Below, in pieces: positions 48,328 through 60,866 of a stretch of DNA of 64,000 bases. The DNA is taken from the NCBI GenBank assembly GCA_013416795.1, contig RQSC01000630.1:94832-158831 (forward strand), read 5' to 3'. How positions within the stretch are numbered: the stretch's first letter is position 1; the number at the start of each line of letters is the position of its first letter. Source of the DNA: Prasinococcaceae sp. CCMP 1430. Taxonomy: Eukaryota; Plantae; Prasinodermophyta. The notes beneath the pieces are model-generated. The model was not told the origin of the DNA. It made no database searches and worked only from the letters and a program-made list of their open reading frames with translations. Made by a program: the position numbers and the translations under genes.

Positions 48328-48560
48328 GAGGTTTAGGTTCTACTTTTGAGGTTAAAACCCCACAAAACAGGGTCCATAACATATCGTGAACGGCGCACGC
48401 ATTCGCGCCACCGCCGCGACCGCCCATCAAAACGAAGCCGAAGGCGCGAATGAGGTTTGGGGTCTAGTTTTGGGGGATGAATACGAAATAGGGTCCGTGG
48501 TTTTACAATGCCATGAACATATCAGTCACCGCCGCACCCGCACATCAAAACGAATGCGAG
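48328..48560. repeat. Two degenerate ~120-bp AT-rich tandem units
   Basis: gaggttt.gg.tcta.tttt, agggtcc, aacatatc, accgccgc and catcaaaacgaa each occur twice. Confidence 0.7.
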
Positions 48561-49372
48561 GTCGCCGCAGCGGCGCTTCCGAGGGCGAGCCACACGTGTG
48601 AGCGCACGGGCGGGCGAGCGCCTCACTGCGCCGCACCCGGCAGCCTGGCGGTACTGGCGCGCCTGCCGCGCCCCCGTGTAGAAACGGGTACCAGCGGAGA
48701 ACTCCGCGCCGGCCCTGCCTGCCAGGGGTGAGTGCAGAACGCATTGGCATGGCTGCACGAGGCACGTGTGGTGGCAGCGCAGGGCCTCAGGTAGTTACCG
48801 GTGGGGGTAGTTATTCGAGTTACTGCAATGGCCTCATCTGCCTCGCTGGCGCTGCTACCTGCCGTGGTACCTGTCAGGCGCAGGGCAGCGCTTGCGGGTA
48901 GTTACTCGCTGGTGTGACCGCGGGCATGGGGCGCGGCGCGGGCGCCGCGCCCGGGCCCGGCGGCGACGGGCGAGAGCGCGAGCACCTCGGCTGCCCTGTG
49001 CGCTGGGAAGAAGACGCAGATAGGCCGTCGCGGATGGGGACAACGACAGCGACAGAGCGCCCGCTCAAACCGGCCGGCAGGCCGGGCGGGCCAACCGACC
49101 AAGGGGGGGGGGGACGGACGGCCCCGGGCCGAGGGGAATTCGCGCGAGGACGGCGCGCTCGGGTGGACGCGCCGCCGCCGTGTCGAGCCGAGCTGCCACG
49201 AGCTCGGCTGTGCCCACTGCGCCCGCGATGGAGCGCGCGTGCGCGCATCGACGTGCCGCGGCGAGGCGGCGTCGCGCACAGAAATGGGTATGATACAGCG
49301 CCCGGGCGCTCGCAGCTCTGGCGCCTCGCACCGGGCCGGTGCCCCTCCACTGAAAGCGACGCAGCGCGGCGC

Positions 49373-51298
49373 TCAGCCGCCCAACAGGCGCGCGTTCTCG
49401 TCATCGGCGCCGGCGCCATCCTCACCGTCATCGTGCACGTCGGCGTCGCCAACGGCCACCTCGAGCGCGTCGCGCGCTTGGCTGTCCGACCGTACGCTCA
49501 CCTCCGCCAACTCTGCCTCAGCCGCCTTGATCAGCTCGGCGTCCTCGCCAGGGCGATGGGAGCCGCCGCGGCAATAGTACGCTGGGAAGGCGCAGAACAG
49601 CGCAAACGTCGCGAGGTAGACGGCCGCGGAGTGCAGGTACGGCGCGCGTTGCGCGAGCTCCGGCACCCACGGGTTCGCAACCTCCTGCGGCACCATTGCC
49701 ACGCTCAGGCACGTGCCGATCATCAGCGTGATGATCGTCGCCTTCTGGAGGAGGCCCTGCATCGAAGCGAGCACCTCGAGGCCCGCCACCTCAGTGACGT
49801 GCGTGCGTATGACTGTGGCAGAGACGCCCAGCCCGGCTCCCTGGCACACCATGCAGACAACGAAAACCACACTCTGCACCACCGGCCCGAGGGACAGCGC
49901 AGGGCCGCCCCGTGCACTGCCCGAGCCGTTGTCCCACTGCGCAGCGATGCCCAGGGTGAGCACGAAGGACACGCCCAGCAGAAATGTGCCACCCAGCAGC
50001 AGCCTTTGGTCGCTGAGCACGCGGTGCTTGATGAGCTGCCCCGTCAGCGGCGCGAAGAGCGCGTTGCATACGGGCCGCGCGCAGAGCAGCGCCGCGGCAG
50101 CCGCCGACGTTTGCCCTGCAAAGTCGCGCAAGAAGAGAGGGTACAACATCCACACGCCTAGATACGACAGGAAGAGCATGAAGAAGGCGGCCAGCGCGTA
50201 CGCGAGCCGGGCGTCGCCAAGCGCGCGCATGGGCAGCACGGGGTGCACCGCTTGTCGCTCAATGCGCAGCAGCAGGGCGCCCAGCACTGGAAAGGCCAGC
50301 AGGCACGCAACTGTGGGCGCGTCCGCGCCGTGCGCGCCAGCACGATTCACGCCCAATAGCAGCGCCAGAGTCGCCAGCGCCAGTGTGAGCGCGCCCGCGT
50401 AGTCGAACTCGCGTAGCATCTCCCGCGGGGTAGGGGCGGCCCCCGGGACGCCGCATGCCTGCTTGGCGTCGCCGCGCAGTGCCGGGTCGAGGATACGCGC
50501 CGCGATGATGAAGCTGAGCGCTGTGAACGGTAGCGGCGCCCAGAAGACGGCCCGCCATCCAAAGAATTGCGCGATGGCACCACCAACGACGAGCCCCGCG
50601 CTCTGGCCGGCGGCGCCGACTGCGCCGTGCACGCCGAGGACGAGCGCACGGTCGCGCGCCGGAAATGCTCGCACGAGCAGCGCGACGCCGGACGGCGCAT
50701 CGAGCGCCATGCCAACGCCCTGCACTGCGCGCGCGGCCACCAGCAGAGGCACGTTCGGCGCGAGCGCCGAGCATGCCGTCGTAACGATGTGCACGCCGTA
50801 CCCCAGCAACCACATGCGCTTGTAGCCAAGCGTGTCGCCCAACTTGCCGCCCGCTGCGAGCAGGCTCGCGCTGACAAGTAGCGGTGCGAGCGTCGCCCAC
50901 ACAGCCGCCGCTCGCGTCGAGCCCAGGTCGGCCGCCAGGTCCGTGAGGAGCAGATTGAGCACTGAGAACGAGCTGGACAGAGCCAGGCGCCCGCTCAGCA
51001 GCGTCACCAATATTGCGTACCTGTTGGTCGCGCCCTGGCGCTCCGCGGCGTCTGTGCCTGCCTTGTCGCCGGCGCCGCCGGCGCTGCCACGCCCGCCGCT
51101 GTCGTCACCGGCGCCGGTGAAGCCGCCGGCGTCGGCGCCCCCCGCAAAGCCATCACTCTCGCACGCCGCGCCCGCGGCGTCCTCAGTCTCGAGCAGCGCG
51201 AGCGCTACGGCGTCGCTTTCGAGGCCCACGCGGGACTGTGCGTTGCCCGCGACGGCCGCCAGCGCGAGCAGCTGCGGCGGGGCCGCTGGGCGGCACAC
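49373..51298 (-). CDS. MFS transporter, DHA2/EmrB-QacA-like (14 TM); start unresolved
   Basis: GKLGDTLGYKR (motif A), ARAVQGVG.A, GLVVGG.I...FGWRAVF, FDYAGAL.L, PL.L. Confidence 0.85.
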   Translation of the reverse strand: MCRPAAPPQLLALAAVAGNAQSRVGLESDAVALALLETEDAAGAACESDGFAGGADAGGFTGAGDDSGGRGSAGGAGDKAGTDAAERQGATNRYAILVTLLSGRLALSSSFSVLNLLLTDLAADLGSTRAAAVWATLAPLLVSASLLAAGGKLGDTLGYKRMWLLGYGVHIVTTACSALAPNVPLLVAARAVQGVGMALDAPSGVALLVRAFPARDRALVLGVHGAVGAAGQSAGLVVGGAIAQFFGWRAVFWAPLPFTALSFIIAARILDPALRGDAKQACGVPGAAPTPREMLREFDYAGALTLALATLALLLGVNRAGAHGADAPTVACLLAFPVLGALLLRIERQAVHPVLPMRALGDARLAYALAAFFMLFLSYLGVWMLYPLFLRDFAGQTSAAAAALLCARPVCNALFAPLTGQLIKHRVLSDQRLLLGGTFLLGVSFVLTLGIAAQWDNGSGSARGGPALSLGPVVQSVVFVVCMVCQGAGLGVSATVIRTHVTEVAGLEVLASMQGLLQKATIITLMIGTCLSVAMVPQEVANPWVPELAQRAPYLHSAAVYLATFALFCAFPAYYCRGGSHRPGEDAELIKAAEAELAEVSVRSDSQARDALEVAVGDADVHDDGEDGAGADDENARLLGG

Positions 51299-51589
51299 CC
51301 CCCTGTGGCGCTGCTTGCCGCGCGCCGCACCGCCACGCGCGCTCGCACGGCGGCGCTTCCCAGGTCACATCGAACTATAAAAAGCACATGCGCCTGACAT
51401 GTCACTTCGACGTGTCGGACAAGCCGGGTTGGTTGTGACCCCGGCGTTCCCAGCCCACACACCGCTTCCGACCCCTGTGTGACCGTGAATCTGACGCGGA
51501 GGTGGACGCGGAACCAGGTGTGTGCGCCGCGCATCCCCTGGGTGCGCGCGCGCGCTCCCGGGGCGCGCCGCCGGCCGCTCGCTCGCGCG

Positions 51590-51723
51590 NNNNNNNNNNN
51601 NNNNNNNNNNNNNNNNNNNNNNNNNNNNNNNNNNNNNNNNNNNNNNNNNNNNNNNNNNNNNNNNNNNNNNNNNNNNNNNNNNNNNNNNNNNNNNNNNNNN
51701 NNNNNNNNNNNNNNNNNNNNNNN
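51590..51723. other. Assembly gap (N run)
   Basis: 134 Ns. Confidence 1.
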
Positions 51724-53029
51724 CGCGCGCTGGCGGCGTGCGAGGGGACGCGCCCGCGCGGCGCGCTCGAGCGGCCAGGCGGCCCGCGACGAGCAGCGAT
51801 GAGGTCAAGACTGTTGAGGACGACGTCAGCGTGGAGAGCACCGTGGCGCCGCCGGTGGAGGGGGCGACCAATGGCGCGCAGGTGGACCTAGGCTCAGCCC
51901 CCGCCGGCGCGGGGGCAGGCCTCGACCTGCTTGCGACCGCGCTGCTCATCTCTCCCTTCTTCTTCTGGGGCACGTCCATGGTGGCAATGAAGGGCACCCT
52001 GGAGCACACGACGCCCTTTTTCGTCGCCGCCTCGCGCCTGCTGCCGGCGGGGGCGCTCGTCGTGGCGTACGCGCTGGCGAACGGCATCGACATGCCGCGC
52101 GGCGCGAAGGCGTGGCGCGCCATTGCGCTCTTCTCGCTCGTCGACGCGGCCGCCTTCCAGGGATTCCTGGCGAAGGGGCTCACGCTCACGAGTGCGGGGC
52201 TGGGATCCGTCATCATCGACTCGCAGCCGCTGACCGTCGCAGTGCTCGCGTCGCTGCTCTTCGGCGAGGAGCTGGGAGCCGTTGGTATTGTCGGCCTGCT
52301 CATTGGCGTGGCTGGCCTCCTGCTGCTCGAGGTGCCCGACGAGGCGCTGCGCGATGCGCTCAGCGGTGGCGGGCCGGCAGCGCTGCTCCCATCGGCGGGC
52401 GCGGCGAGCGACGTGGGAAGCGCGGGTCTGCTCGAATCTGGCGAGTTCTTCATGCTGCTGGCGGCGCAGTCCATGGCGGTGGGAACGGTGATGGTGCGGT
52501 GGGTGGGCAAGTTCGCCGACCCGGTGAGTGGAAGAGCGCGCGGCCGCGGCCGCTCCCGCGCAGGCTCTGCCGTCGCGCCGTCGACCCCCCGCTATGCGCC
52601 GAAGCGAGTGCAAATGAGCGAATTGAGCTGACCCAGCCGCCCCACCGCGCGCGCACGCGCGCTGACCAGGTGATGGCCACCGGCTGGCACATGGTCCTTG
52701 GCTCGCTGCCGCTCCTGTACCTCGCGATCGCGGGTGAGGGATACGATGCGGCCGTGGCCGCGATGGAGCCCTCCGACTGGGCGTCGCTGGCGTACACGAG
52801 CATTTTCGGGGGCGCGGTTGGCTACGGCGTCTTCTTCTACAACGCCAACCGGGGCAACCTGACCAAGCTGAGCAGCCTGACCTTCTTGACCCCCATGTTT
52901 GCCGCGGGCTTCGGCTATCTCGTGCTGGACGAGACGCTCAGCCAGACGCAGCTCTTGGGCGCTGCCGTCACGCTCGGAGCTGTGTTCCTCGTCAATGCTG
53001 GCGGTGAGGACGGCGAGGACGTCGAATGA
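51724..53029 (+). CDS. EamA/DMT transporter (chloroplast At3g02690-like/cyanobacterial type), intron 52524-52669; 5' end in the gap
   Basis: SPFFFWGTSMVAMK, FVAASRLLPAG, FQGFLAKGL..TSAGLGSVIIDSQPLTVA, ADP|VMATGWHMVLG, LTKLSSLTFLTPMFA. Confidence 0.9.
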
Positions 53030-53414
53030 GTCCGCCCGCTTGCTTGCTCGCACCGCAGCGCAATTTTTAAATACACATCAAATAGCAACACCCGTGTACC
53101 GGAGACACCGCTTGCGCGCGTGGGACCCGCCGCGCAGCTCCGCAGACCGAGCCCCTGACGCCGCGCGTTCGAACATGCTGTGCAAGGAACCTGTTTACAT
53201 ATAGAATGGAACATGAGGGCTCGGCGCTCGTCGCGCCGCGGGCGTGCTATCGGTAGGTACATGAGGTTCGGCCACGCTATTCGTTGCTAGCCGTCGCTGT
53301 CGTTTGGTCGCTCGTGGATGTACAATTCGCTCTTCGTACTAGGTACACGGGTGTCGCGCTGGACGCCCGAGGGGTCCGCCTCTCCGTGGCGTCGCGGTGG
53401 CGTGGAGCTCCCGA

Positions 53415-54687
53415 TCAGTAGGCGCCCGACACGTACGCCTCCATCGCGATGACGTGGTCCTCGAGCTCCTGCACGACGTGCTTGACAGCGTCGCCGATGC
53501 TGATCATGCCGACGAGCTCCTCAGGCCTGATGCGGCCATCGTCCCACGCGCCGGGCCTCACCACGGGCAGGTGACGAATCCTATTGTCGGTCATGACCTT
53601 GAGGCAGTCGTACACAGTCGCGCTGGGGTCCACCGTGATGAGCTTATTCGCGGCGGTCATAATGTCGCGCACCTCCGTGCTGGAGGACGCGCGGTCGAGC
53701 ACGACGATCTTGCGGCTGTAGTCGCGCTCGGTGACGATACCCTTGAGGCGCTCGCCGTTGCTGTTCGCCTTGGAGGAGAACACAACGAGCGAGCCCACGT
53801 CGTTCGAAGTCATCTTCTTGACAGCGTCCAGCACGGTGTCGTCCTCGCGGATGTGCAGCCACTTCCCCTTACCGCTCTCTATCTTGTGCCCAAGCATGGA
53901 ACCGACGGTGCTGCGGCACAGCGCGGCCGCGCCTCCGCCCGAGGCTGCCCCCATGACCGCCGTCTCGAGCGCGCTCACGTGCTCACCTAGCTCATTGACG
54001 ACGTCGAACACGCAATCGCCGATGGACAGCATGCCCAGCAGCTCGTCGCGGACCACTTTGCCGTCCTCCCAGGCGCCGGGCCGCACCACCGGCATGTGCC
54101 TGAAGCGGTTCGCGGTCATCATCTGCATGCAAGCAAAGACCTGTGTGTCTGGCGTGACGGTCACCAGCCGATTCTGCTCGGTCATGATGTCGCGCACGGG
54201 GGTGTCGCGGCTCGAGCGCCCGTGGATTTTCACCTTGTGCAGATAGTCGCGCTCAGTCATGATGCCGCGCAGGTGCCCCTCCTCGCTCATCACCACCAGC
54301 GAGCCCGTGTTGCGCTCGTTCATCTTTTTGACCGCGTCGAAGACCGACGCCGTTTCCAGCACGGTCGCAGCCTTGCACGACGCATCGACGTTGTGCTGCG
54401 GACGCGGAGGGCGAACGAGGGGGTCAGCGGTCGGCGACGTGGAGCCTCTTTCAGGGCGAGCACAGCGCGGCGTGGGCGCTCGGTGGCGGTGCGCTCACCT
54501 TTCGCGCGAGGGTGTCCGCGACAGTCACGCTGCAGAGCGACGAGAATGGGTCGGTGCGCGCCGCCTCCGAGTCCGCGGCAGCAGCCTCCGGCGCGCCGAC
54601 TGCAGAGAGGGCGCGCGATCCCGCCGGGCGCAGCGCCGTCGCCGTGGCGCGACGCCCGAGGGCGCGCGCCGCGAGCGCCAGCATCAT
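53415..54687 (-). CDS. Mitochondrial CBSX3-like protein with two CBS pairs, intron 54396-54498
   Basis: Presequence MMLALAARALGRR; two modules DAVKKM....GSLVV...GI.TERDY..K...S....VRDIMT...L.TV.P......C...MT.NR.RH.PV...GM.SIGD.V. Confidence 0.88.
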
Positions 54688-56067
54688 CTTGGGCTCTGCT
54701 CGCGCGCGTCTGCGGCTCGTGCGCGTATGCGCGCGCCCTGCCGCGGGGGTTGGTGCGGAGGCGGATGGACCCGCGCGAGTGCGGGCGGAGTTGCCGCCGC
54801 GCGATGCGAAGCGGGAGTGCTGCGCCCAGGCGGGGGCCGGGGTGCAGGGCCGCTCCGGGAGCGCGTTGATGCGCCGGGCGAGGGTGTGTGTGTGTGTGTG
54901 GTGGGGGGGGCAGAGCGGGCGAGGGCAGCCGCGCGTTCGTGCGCGTCTGGAAGAGGCGGGTCGCTCGCGGGTTCTCTCTCTCTCGCGCGCGCGCGCTCGC
55001 CCTCGTCCCGCGCCGCCCGCGCCTCGCAGAGTGGCGCGCGCGCGGCGAGGCGACGCCCGCGCTCAACTCCGCGGCTTTCTCCCGCCGCATACCGCCGCGC
55101 CTTCGCGCTCCCCGGCGAAGCGGCCATTTCGCCCGGTTCGTCCGCTCTCTCTCGCCCGCAGCGCGCGCGCCAGAGCGAGAGCGAGAGCGCCCCCGAGCGC
55201 GCCCGCGCGCGCCGGGGGCGTTCGCATGCGTTCTGATGGCCGAGTGGGACCGACCAACCGACCCACCCCCGCGCACCCCCGGCGCGCTCCGCAGCGGCCC
55301 CCGCGCCACATCAGCGCGCGCCGCGAATCGGACGGGGCGCAAATCCGCTCGAGCCCAAAAAAGCACCCAAACGACCGGCCAATGCGGTTCCGACACGCCC
55401 ACGCCGGCCTGTCCTGTCCCGTGGTGGTGGGCCCAAATCCGAACAGGCACAGCGACCGTACGGTACCGACAATTAATACCGATCGACTCTACTAAGCTCT
55501 TGAGTATTAAGAAGCTCTTACAGTACAATCTGATGGTACTACCGGTAGGTAGTACTACAGTGCCGTTTTTCCGGACTTTTTTCCCCTTCCCTTTCCGAAC
55601 CATGGATGGATGGGCATGTCTTTTTTTGTTTTTTTTTTCCAGCAATCGGCGTTCATCAGAAATGAAACAAAAAAAAAAACGGCGGCGCCGGGTCGGCGGG
55701 CGTCGGTGCGCGCCCGCGGGCCAAACGTGTGGGCAAACGTGTGACCGCCGCCGATGGTGCTGCCACGCCGGGGCGACCGCGACGCGCGTCACGCGTCTCT
55801 CGTAATATCTTCACATGTACCCACGGGCGAGTTTACCTCGCGCGGCATGCGTTTTGGCCGCCCCGCTCGGCGGCCACACCGCGCGCGCGCGGCGGACCCC
55901 TGCGGGCAGGGGGGCGGGGCGGGGCTTCCCGCCCCGACCTGCCCTCCAGGACCCTTCGGGCTGCAACGGCGGTGCCTGCCTCGCGCAGTTGCTGCTGGCG
56001 ACTCGCGTGGGAGGGGAAGGGAGGAGGGAGGGGAGATCGCCGCGGCCGCGGCCGCCGCGGCGCGACG

Positions 56068-59000
56068 ATGCCGCGTGCGGGCTTGGTCCGCCGCGACGCG
56101 GCGCGGTCCGGCGCGTCCGACGACACCGCACCGATGATCATCGCGCTGGACGAGAGCGACGGCGACTCGAGCGACGGCGGGGAAGACCGCGGCGGTGGCA
56201 AAGACCGCGGCGGTGGCGGCGGCGGCATTGCCGGGAACGAGGCCACGGGCAGAAGTGGGGCGTCGCCGTCGGCCAACGCGGAGCTGCCGTTTGCGTCGCA
56301 GGAGAGCCCCGCCACCAAGCGCCGCAAGATCTCCAAGCGCATGTCCGAGATCAGCGCTGCCATGGTCAAGCAGCGGGCCGCACTGCAGGCGGCGAGCACT
56401 CCCGCCGCCTCTGCTGGGGGGCCAGCCACGGCGCTGTCCGCGCAACAGGGTGGGTCGCTCGCGGCGCTGGTGGCGACACCACCGCGCGCGCGAGGCAGAC
56501 CTCCCGCGCAGGGCGCCTTGAAAGGTCCCGCCGCCGCGGCCCAGGCTGCAGCTGCTGCGAGGGTCAAGCCGCCGGCCAAGGGCAAGAACAAAGCGCCGCG
56601 GGCACCGAAGGCGAGGTCGGCCGACGTGGCCGCCGAACTTGCACACGCTGAGGCGGACGCCAAGGCCGCGGCGCTTGCGATGAGCAAGCGGATCACGAAG
56701 AGGGGGGGAATGGGGCTGGTAGCGCCGGCAGGCAGCGGCTCCCTTGGTGTTCCTTCCGCTGCGCTACCAGAGCGCGCTCGGCGACTCAAGCTGAAGCTCG
56801 ACGTGCTCCGCGAGGAGATCGAGCGCACCGAGGAGGAACTCGCGAGTGCGCACCCGGAAGGTGCGGAGGTGGTGGCATCTGCGCGCGCGCGCGCCTCGGC
56901 ACGCGCGATGGAGGGCGCCCACGAAGCGGACGATGCGCACCGGCACACATCGTACGGGGCGAGGAATGCAGGCAGGAGCGCGGGCGGCAGCGGCATCGTG
57001 GCCGTGCGGCGCCTCGGCACGATCAGCGTGAAGCACGGTGCAGCCGCGGCGGCGGCTGCGGCGAGGTCCGCTCGTCAGCGTCGGCTGCAGGAGATCGAGG
57101 ACCACGCAAGGCAGCAAGCTCTCGCGGCGGTCAAGACGACGCTCGAGAGACGAAGCCCCGTGCAGACCAGGCCTGCACAGCAGGCGCTGCCAACACCCCC
57201 CCCACCACCACCACCGTTGCCACCACTGCCAACTGCAGGCCAGCTCGCTCAGCCTCCCGCGACGGCAAATGCCCTCGCGCCGCCACCACCGCCACCGCTG
57301 CTGCCACCGCCGCCCCCACCACCTGGTATGATGCCCCCACCTCCACCGCCGCTGGGTCCCGCCCCAGCGCAACCCCCGCCGCCGCCGAAGGAGGAGGCCA
57401 TGGACTTGACGTCGACAGCAGCCAAGGTCACAAAATTGCTCTCGGCGAGGGCAAAGGCTACCAAGAAGGCCGCCAAGGCCAAGGGCGCCAAGAACCCGCC
57501 CAAGACAGCCGTGAAAGCCTCGACCACGGTTTGCGCGCCAATGCATCCCAACAGCTGCGTGCCCGCGATGGTGCCGACCACGTCTGGCACGCGGGGAGCT
57601 GTCGAGCGCGGTCAGGTTGGCGAGGCGAATGGGGCCCTCGTCGCGTCATCGGGTAGGCAGGTGGCTCACGCGGCGACGCCAGGCCTGGCGGCGGCGATCA
57701 ATGAGCTCGCACAGCCGCTGCGGGCTGACCTGCGTGCGGACGCACTGTCGACCGTCCCACCGCTCCCAATACCGGTGGGTGCTTCGGAAGGCGCGACGAT
57801 CGTCCAGGAGGCCGCATGCCGGCCCCAGCTCCCCACAAAGCCTGCTCCCTATCGTAGCCCCCTGAGCGCGCTCTTGAGCCGGAAGAACAGTGCCAACAGT
57901 GCGCCGGAGGGGGTCGGCAAGACAAGGTGCGCCACAAGCGCGCGCCCTGTCAGGTTGTTGCTTGGAAACGGCCTGGAATCCAAAGTCTCGAGCTGCAACT
58001 CCACAGCTCGGTATGGTGCTGAACACACCGACTCTTGAACCTTGCCTAGACAAATCGCGGCCCCTCAGCTGTTTGGCTCGATAGGCCATCAGCCTTCAGA
58101 TGAAGGCCAGACCGTTCAGGGGCCGTAAATTTTACGCGGCGCGTATGCGCGCCAACACGAGCTGGCGCGCCCGCCCGCACATGCACGGGCGCCGAGGCTG
58201 CCCATCCAGCCGCCGAGGCACCCAGCCTCGCGTGTGTGGACCTTGCTTGCGCTGACCTCACAGCTCGCTGGCTTGGTATCAGCAGCCCTTCTTGCGATCC
58301 TTTCACAATTTGGTGCCCGTTTGAGCTCCATGGCGAGTGCCGCGACAAGAGCTGCAGGATGCAACACCTGTCAAGGCCGACAAAGTCTCTACTTGGGGGC
58401 AAGAGGGGCAGGAAACCATCGAGGGCCACGCAGTCGGACGAGCGGGAGCGGCAGCCGCCACAGGCGATTGAATACACGCTGACGCTGCCACCTCATCTGT
58501 ACGAGGCGGAAGAGCAACGCCAGGGGCTGCCCCCGTGGCTTCTGCCACCCGCGCCACCTCGCGACCCCACGGTTGGGCGCTATCTTCATGAGGATTCGGC
58601 GGACGCCGCACAAGCTGCGGCCGTGGTGGACGCCGAAGAATGGGCGCAGCGCGCCGCAGCGGCACTGTCGAACGGCTGGCGCGGGGGTGGGCCAAAGGGC
58701 GAGCAAGCCAGCGAGGCGTTGCGTGTGCTGTCGCGCGGGCTGGAGCACCATCCCAGCTCGGACCTTCTGTGGAAGATGTACATGTGCTGCCGCGCAGCCG
58801 CAGGCTGGCGCGATGCCAAGGCGCCAGGGCGCGAGGGCGCGACGGTGCGCAAGTGGGCGACGCGCACATGCCCCCTTTCGGACGCTGTGGCTGCGCTCGC
58901 CGCCGCCGAGGCTGACACGGCCGAGGGCGCCATCGATGATTTGGAAGGCTTAGCCGCGCGTGTCATCGAGGCCGACGCGAGCCGCGCCACGGAGCGACTC

Positions 59001-60359
59001 GGAGCGCACGCGAGTCACCGGGTGCTGGACGCGGCCTTGAATGCCCTTTCGGTGGCGCTGGCGCGTGGTGGCGCCGTGCAATGGCTGGCGGGCCTCGTCA
59101 GCGCTGTGCTCGACCCCTCCCACGAGTACGACTACGTATCCAGCTTCGACATGGGGGCCATCCCCTCGAACCTGCGCGACCGTGCGGTGGCAGCCAAGCT
59201 CGCGCCTGAGCCGCCACCGCTCTCTGCGCATCCGCGCGAGCACGTCTTCCACGCGCTCGCGTGGAGATTGACGCTCGCGGACACGATCACGCTGTGGGTA
59301 TCGGCCGGGCACGTGCTTGCTGCCAAGCGCATCCCCCGGGCCGTGGCGCTCTCGCGAAACTTTCCTCTGAACCCTTCTACTATCACGCCTCTGCGGACGG
59401 GCATGCAGGGCTTGTCAGGAAATGACTCAGCGCGCTGTGGCCTGCTGGCGACAGCCGGTGGTGCCGCCGTCCAGGCCGCAACTCCCTCGGCGAGCGCGGA
59501 GGAGCGCGTGGAGGGCCGAAAGGTGTGGTCAGCCCACTGCAACGCCCTGAGTGGAAAGACGAAAGGGCGGCCCCCCGACGGCGGCAGCCAAGCGCGTGCG
59601 CCCGTTGCAGCTGCACTGGCACCGAACCCCTCAGCGGAGGCCGAATGCGCGGAAGTGGCTGCCCTGCTCGAGGAGCTGCTCGCGTCAGGCGTCACAGACG
59701 CTCGGGTGATTGCAGATGCGGCCGCTGCTGCGTCTGCGGGGCCGATGGTGCGCGAGTACGCGCTGTGGCGCTGTGACGTCGCTGAGTCGGACGGCAATCC
59801 TGTCTCTGATGAGCTCAGGGAGGAGGCCGCCGCGCGCGCGTCAAACCCGGCGCTCGACGAGGTGATGGATGTGCTTGAAGGCCGCCGCGGCTGGCGGTAC
59901 CGCACGCCGCTGGCCGGGCCGCTTGCACGCGCGCTGGCGCTCGCGGCTGCGCTGAGCGGCCAGGGCGGCGCGTTGGCCGTGGAGGCGGCCGTTGGCGCGC
60001 TGCGCTGCAACGTGCTCGCGGCGCTCGCATACGTCGGCGCGCTCGGGGGCGACGAGGGGGATGCGGCGTCTGCTGATTCGGCACGCGCTCCGTGGATCCC
60101 CCCGGGCACGCTCGACGCTGAACCTGCTTGGGCAGCAATGCTTGTCCAGCGCAGCCTGGCGGCTGATGCGGCCACGCCCCTGCCGTGCGTGCAAGCGCAC
60201 ATCGTCGGAGCCGCATGGTTGGCAGCTGTGGGGCACCCGCACGAGGTTTGTTCGCGGCGATGCCGCGGGCGATGCTGTGCCTCTCCCCCACAGCTCGGAT
60301 TTCGTACTCTGTTTGCTCTACCCGTGCCACACGAGCTTGTGGCCACTAGCATGTGCTGA
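56068..60359 (+). CDS. ZFC3H1/Red1-like protein (Pro-rich N-terminus, zf-C3H1, HAT-like repeats); exon junctions at 57.9-58.26 kb unresolved
   Basis: PYRSPL, DPFTIWCPFELHGECRDKSCRMQH, ALRVLSRGLEHHPSSDLLWKMY. Confidence 0.65.
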
Positions 60360-60866
60360 GCAAGCGAGTTGGCGTGCTTTCGAGCTCGCGTGTGTGCGCG
60401 TGCGCGCGCATGCGAGCGTGGGCGCGCCCGACTGACAACCTGCTTGCACGCGCGGGCCCTCCCACGGGCCCGCGCCGTGCGCCGCGTGCACGCCGCATTT
60501 GCGTTTCCCCCTGCGTGTCTCCCTCGCATCTCCCGCAGGCCATACGCGCGATACGCCGCATTTGCGCTGCCGCACCGCTGTCTGCGCTCTCGCAGGCAGC
60601 GGCTGGGTGTCTGTCGTCGACCACGTCCTAGAAGTGGAAGGTATGCAGCCGCATTTACGTGTGCGCGGCCGAGTATGCGTGTTCGTGAGCGCATCACGAA
60701 GACATGTCCCCCCCCCCCGCGCGCGCGCCGCTCGCGCGCTCGCATGTGTAACAATACAGTATAATACTACTAGACGTGATTAGGCCGAGAAAGCCGCGCC
60801 AGCGCGCACGCGCGCGCAGCATTGAGCATCGTGCCGCAGGCGCGCGTGGTGGGCCGCCACGCGCGG

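Noticed and set aside
51400-51540. TPP riboswitch or snRNA downstream of the TATA-like box
   Set aside because: Lacks GCTGAGA and the GAACCTGA...AGGGA core; USE-TATA spacing does not fit.
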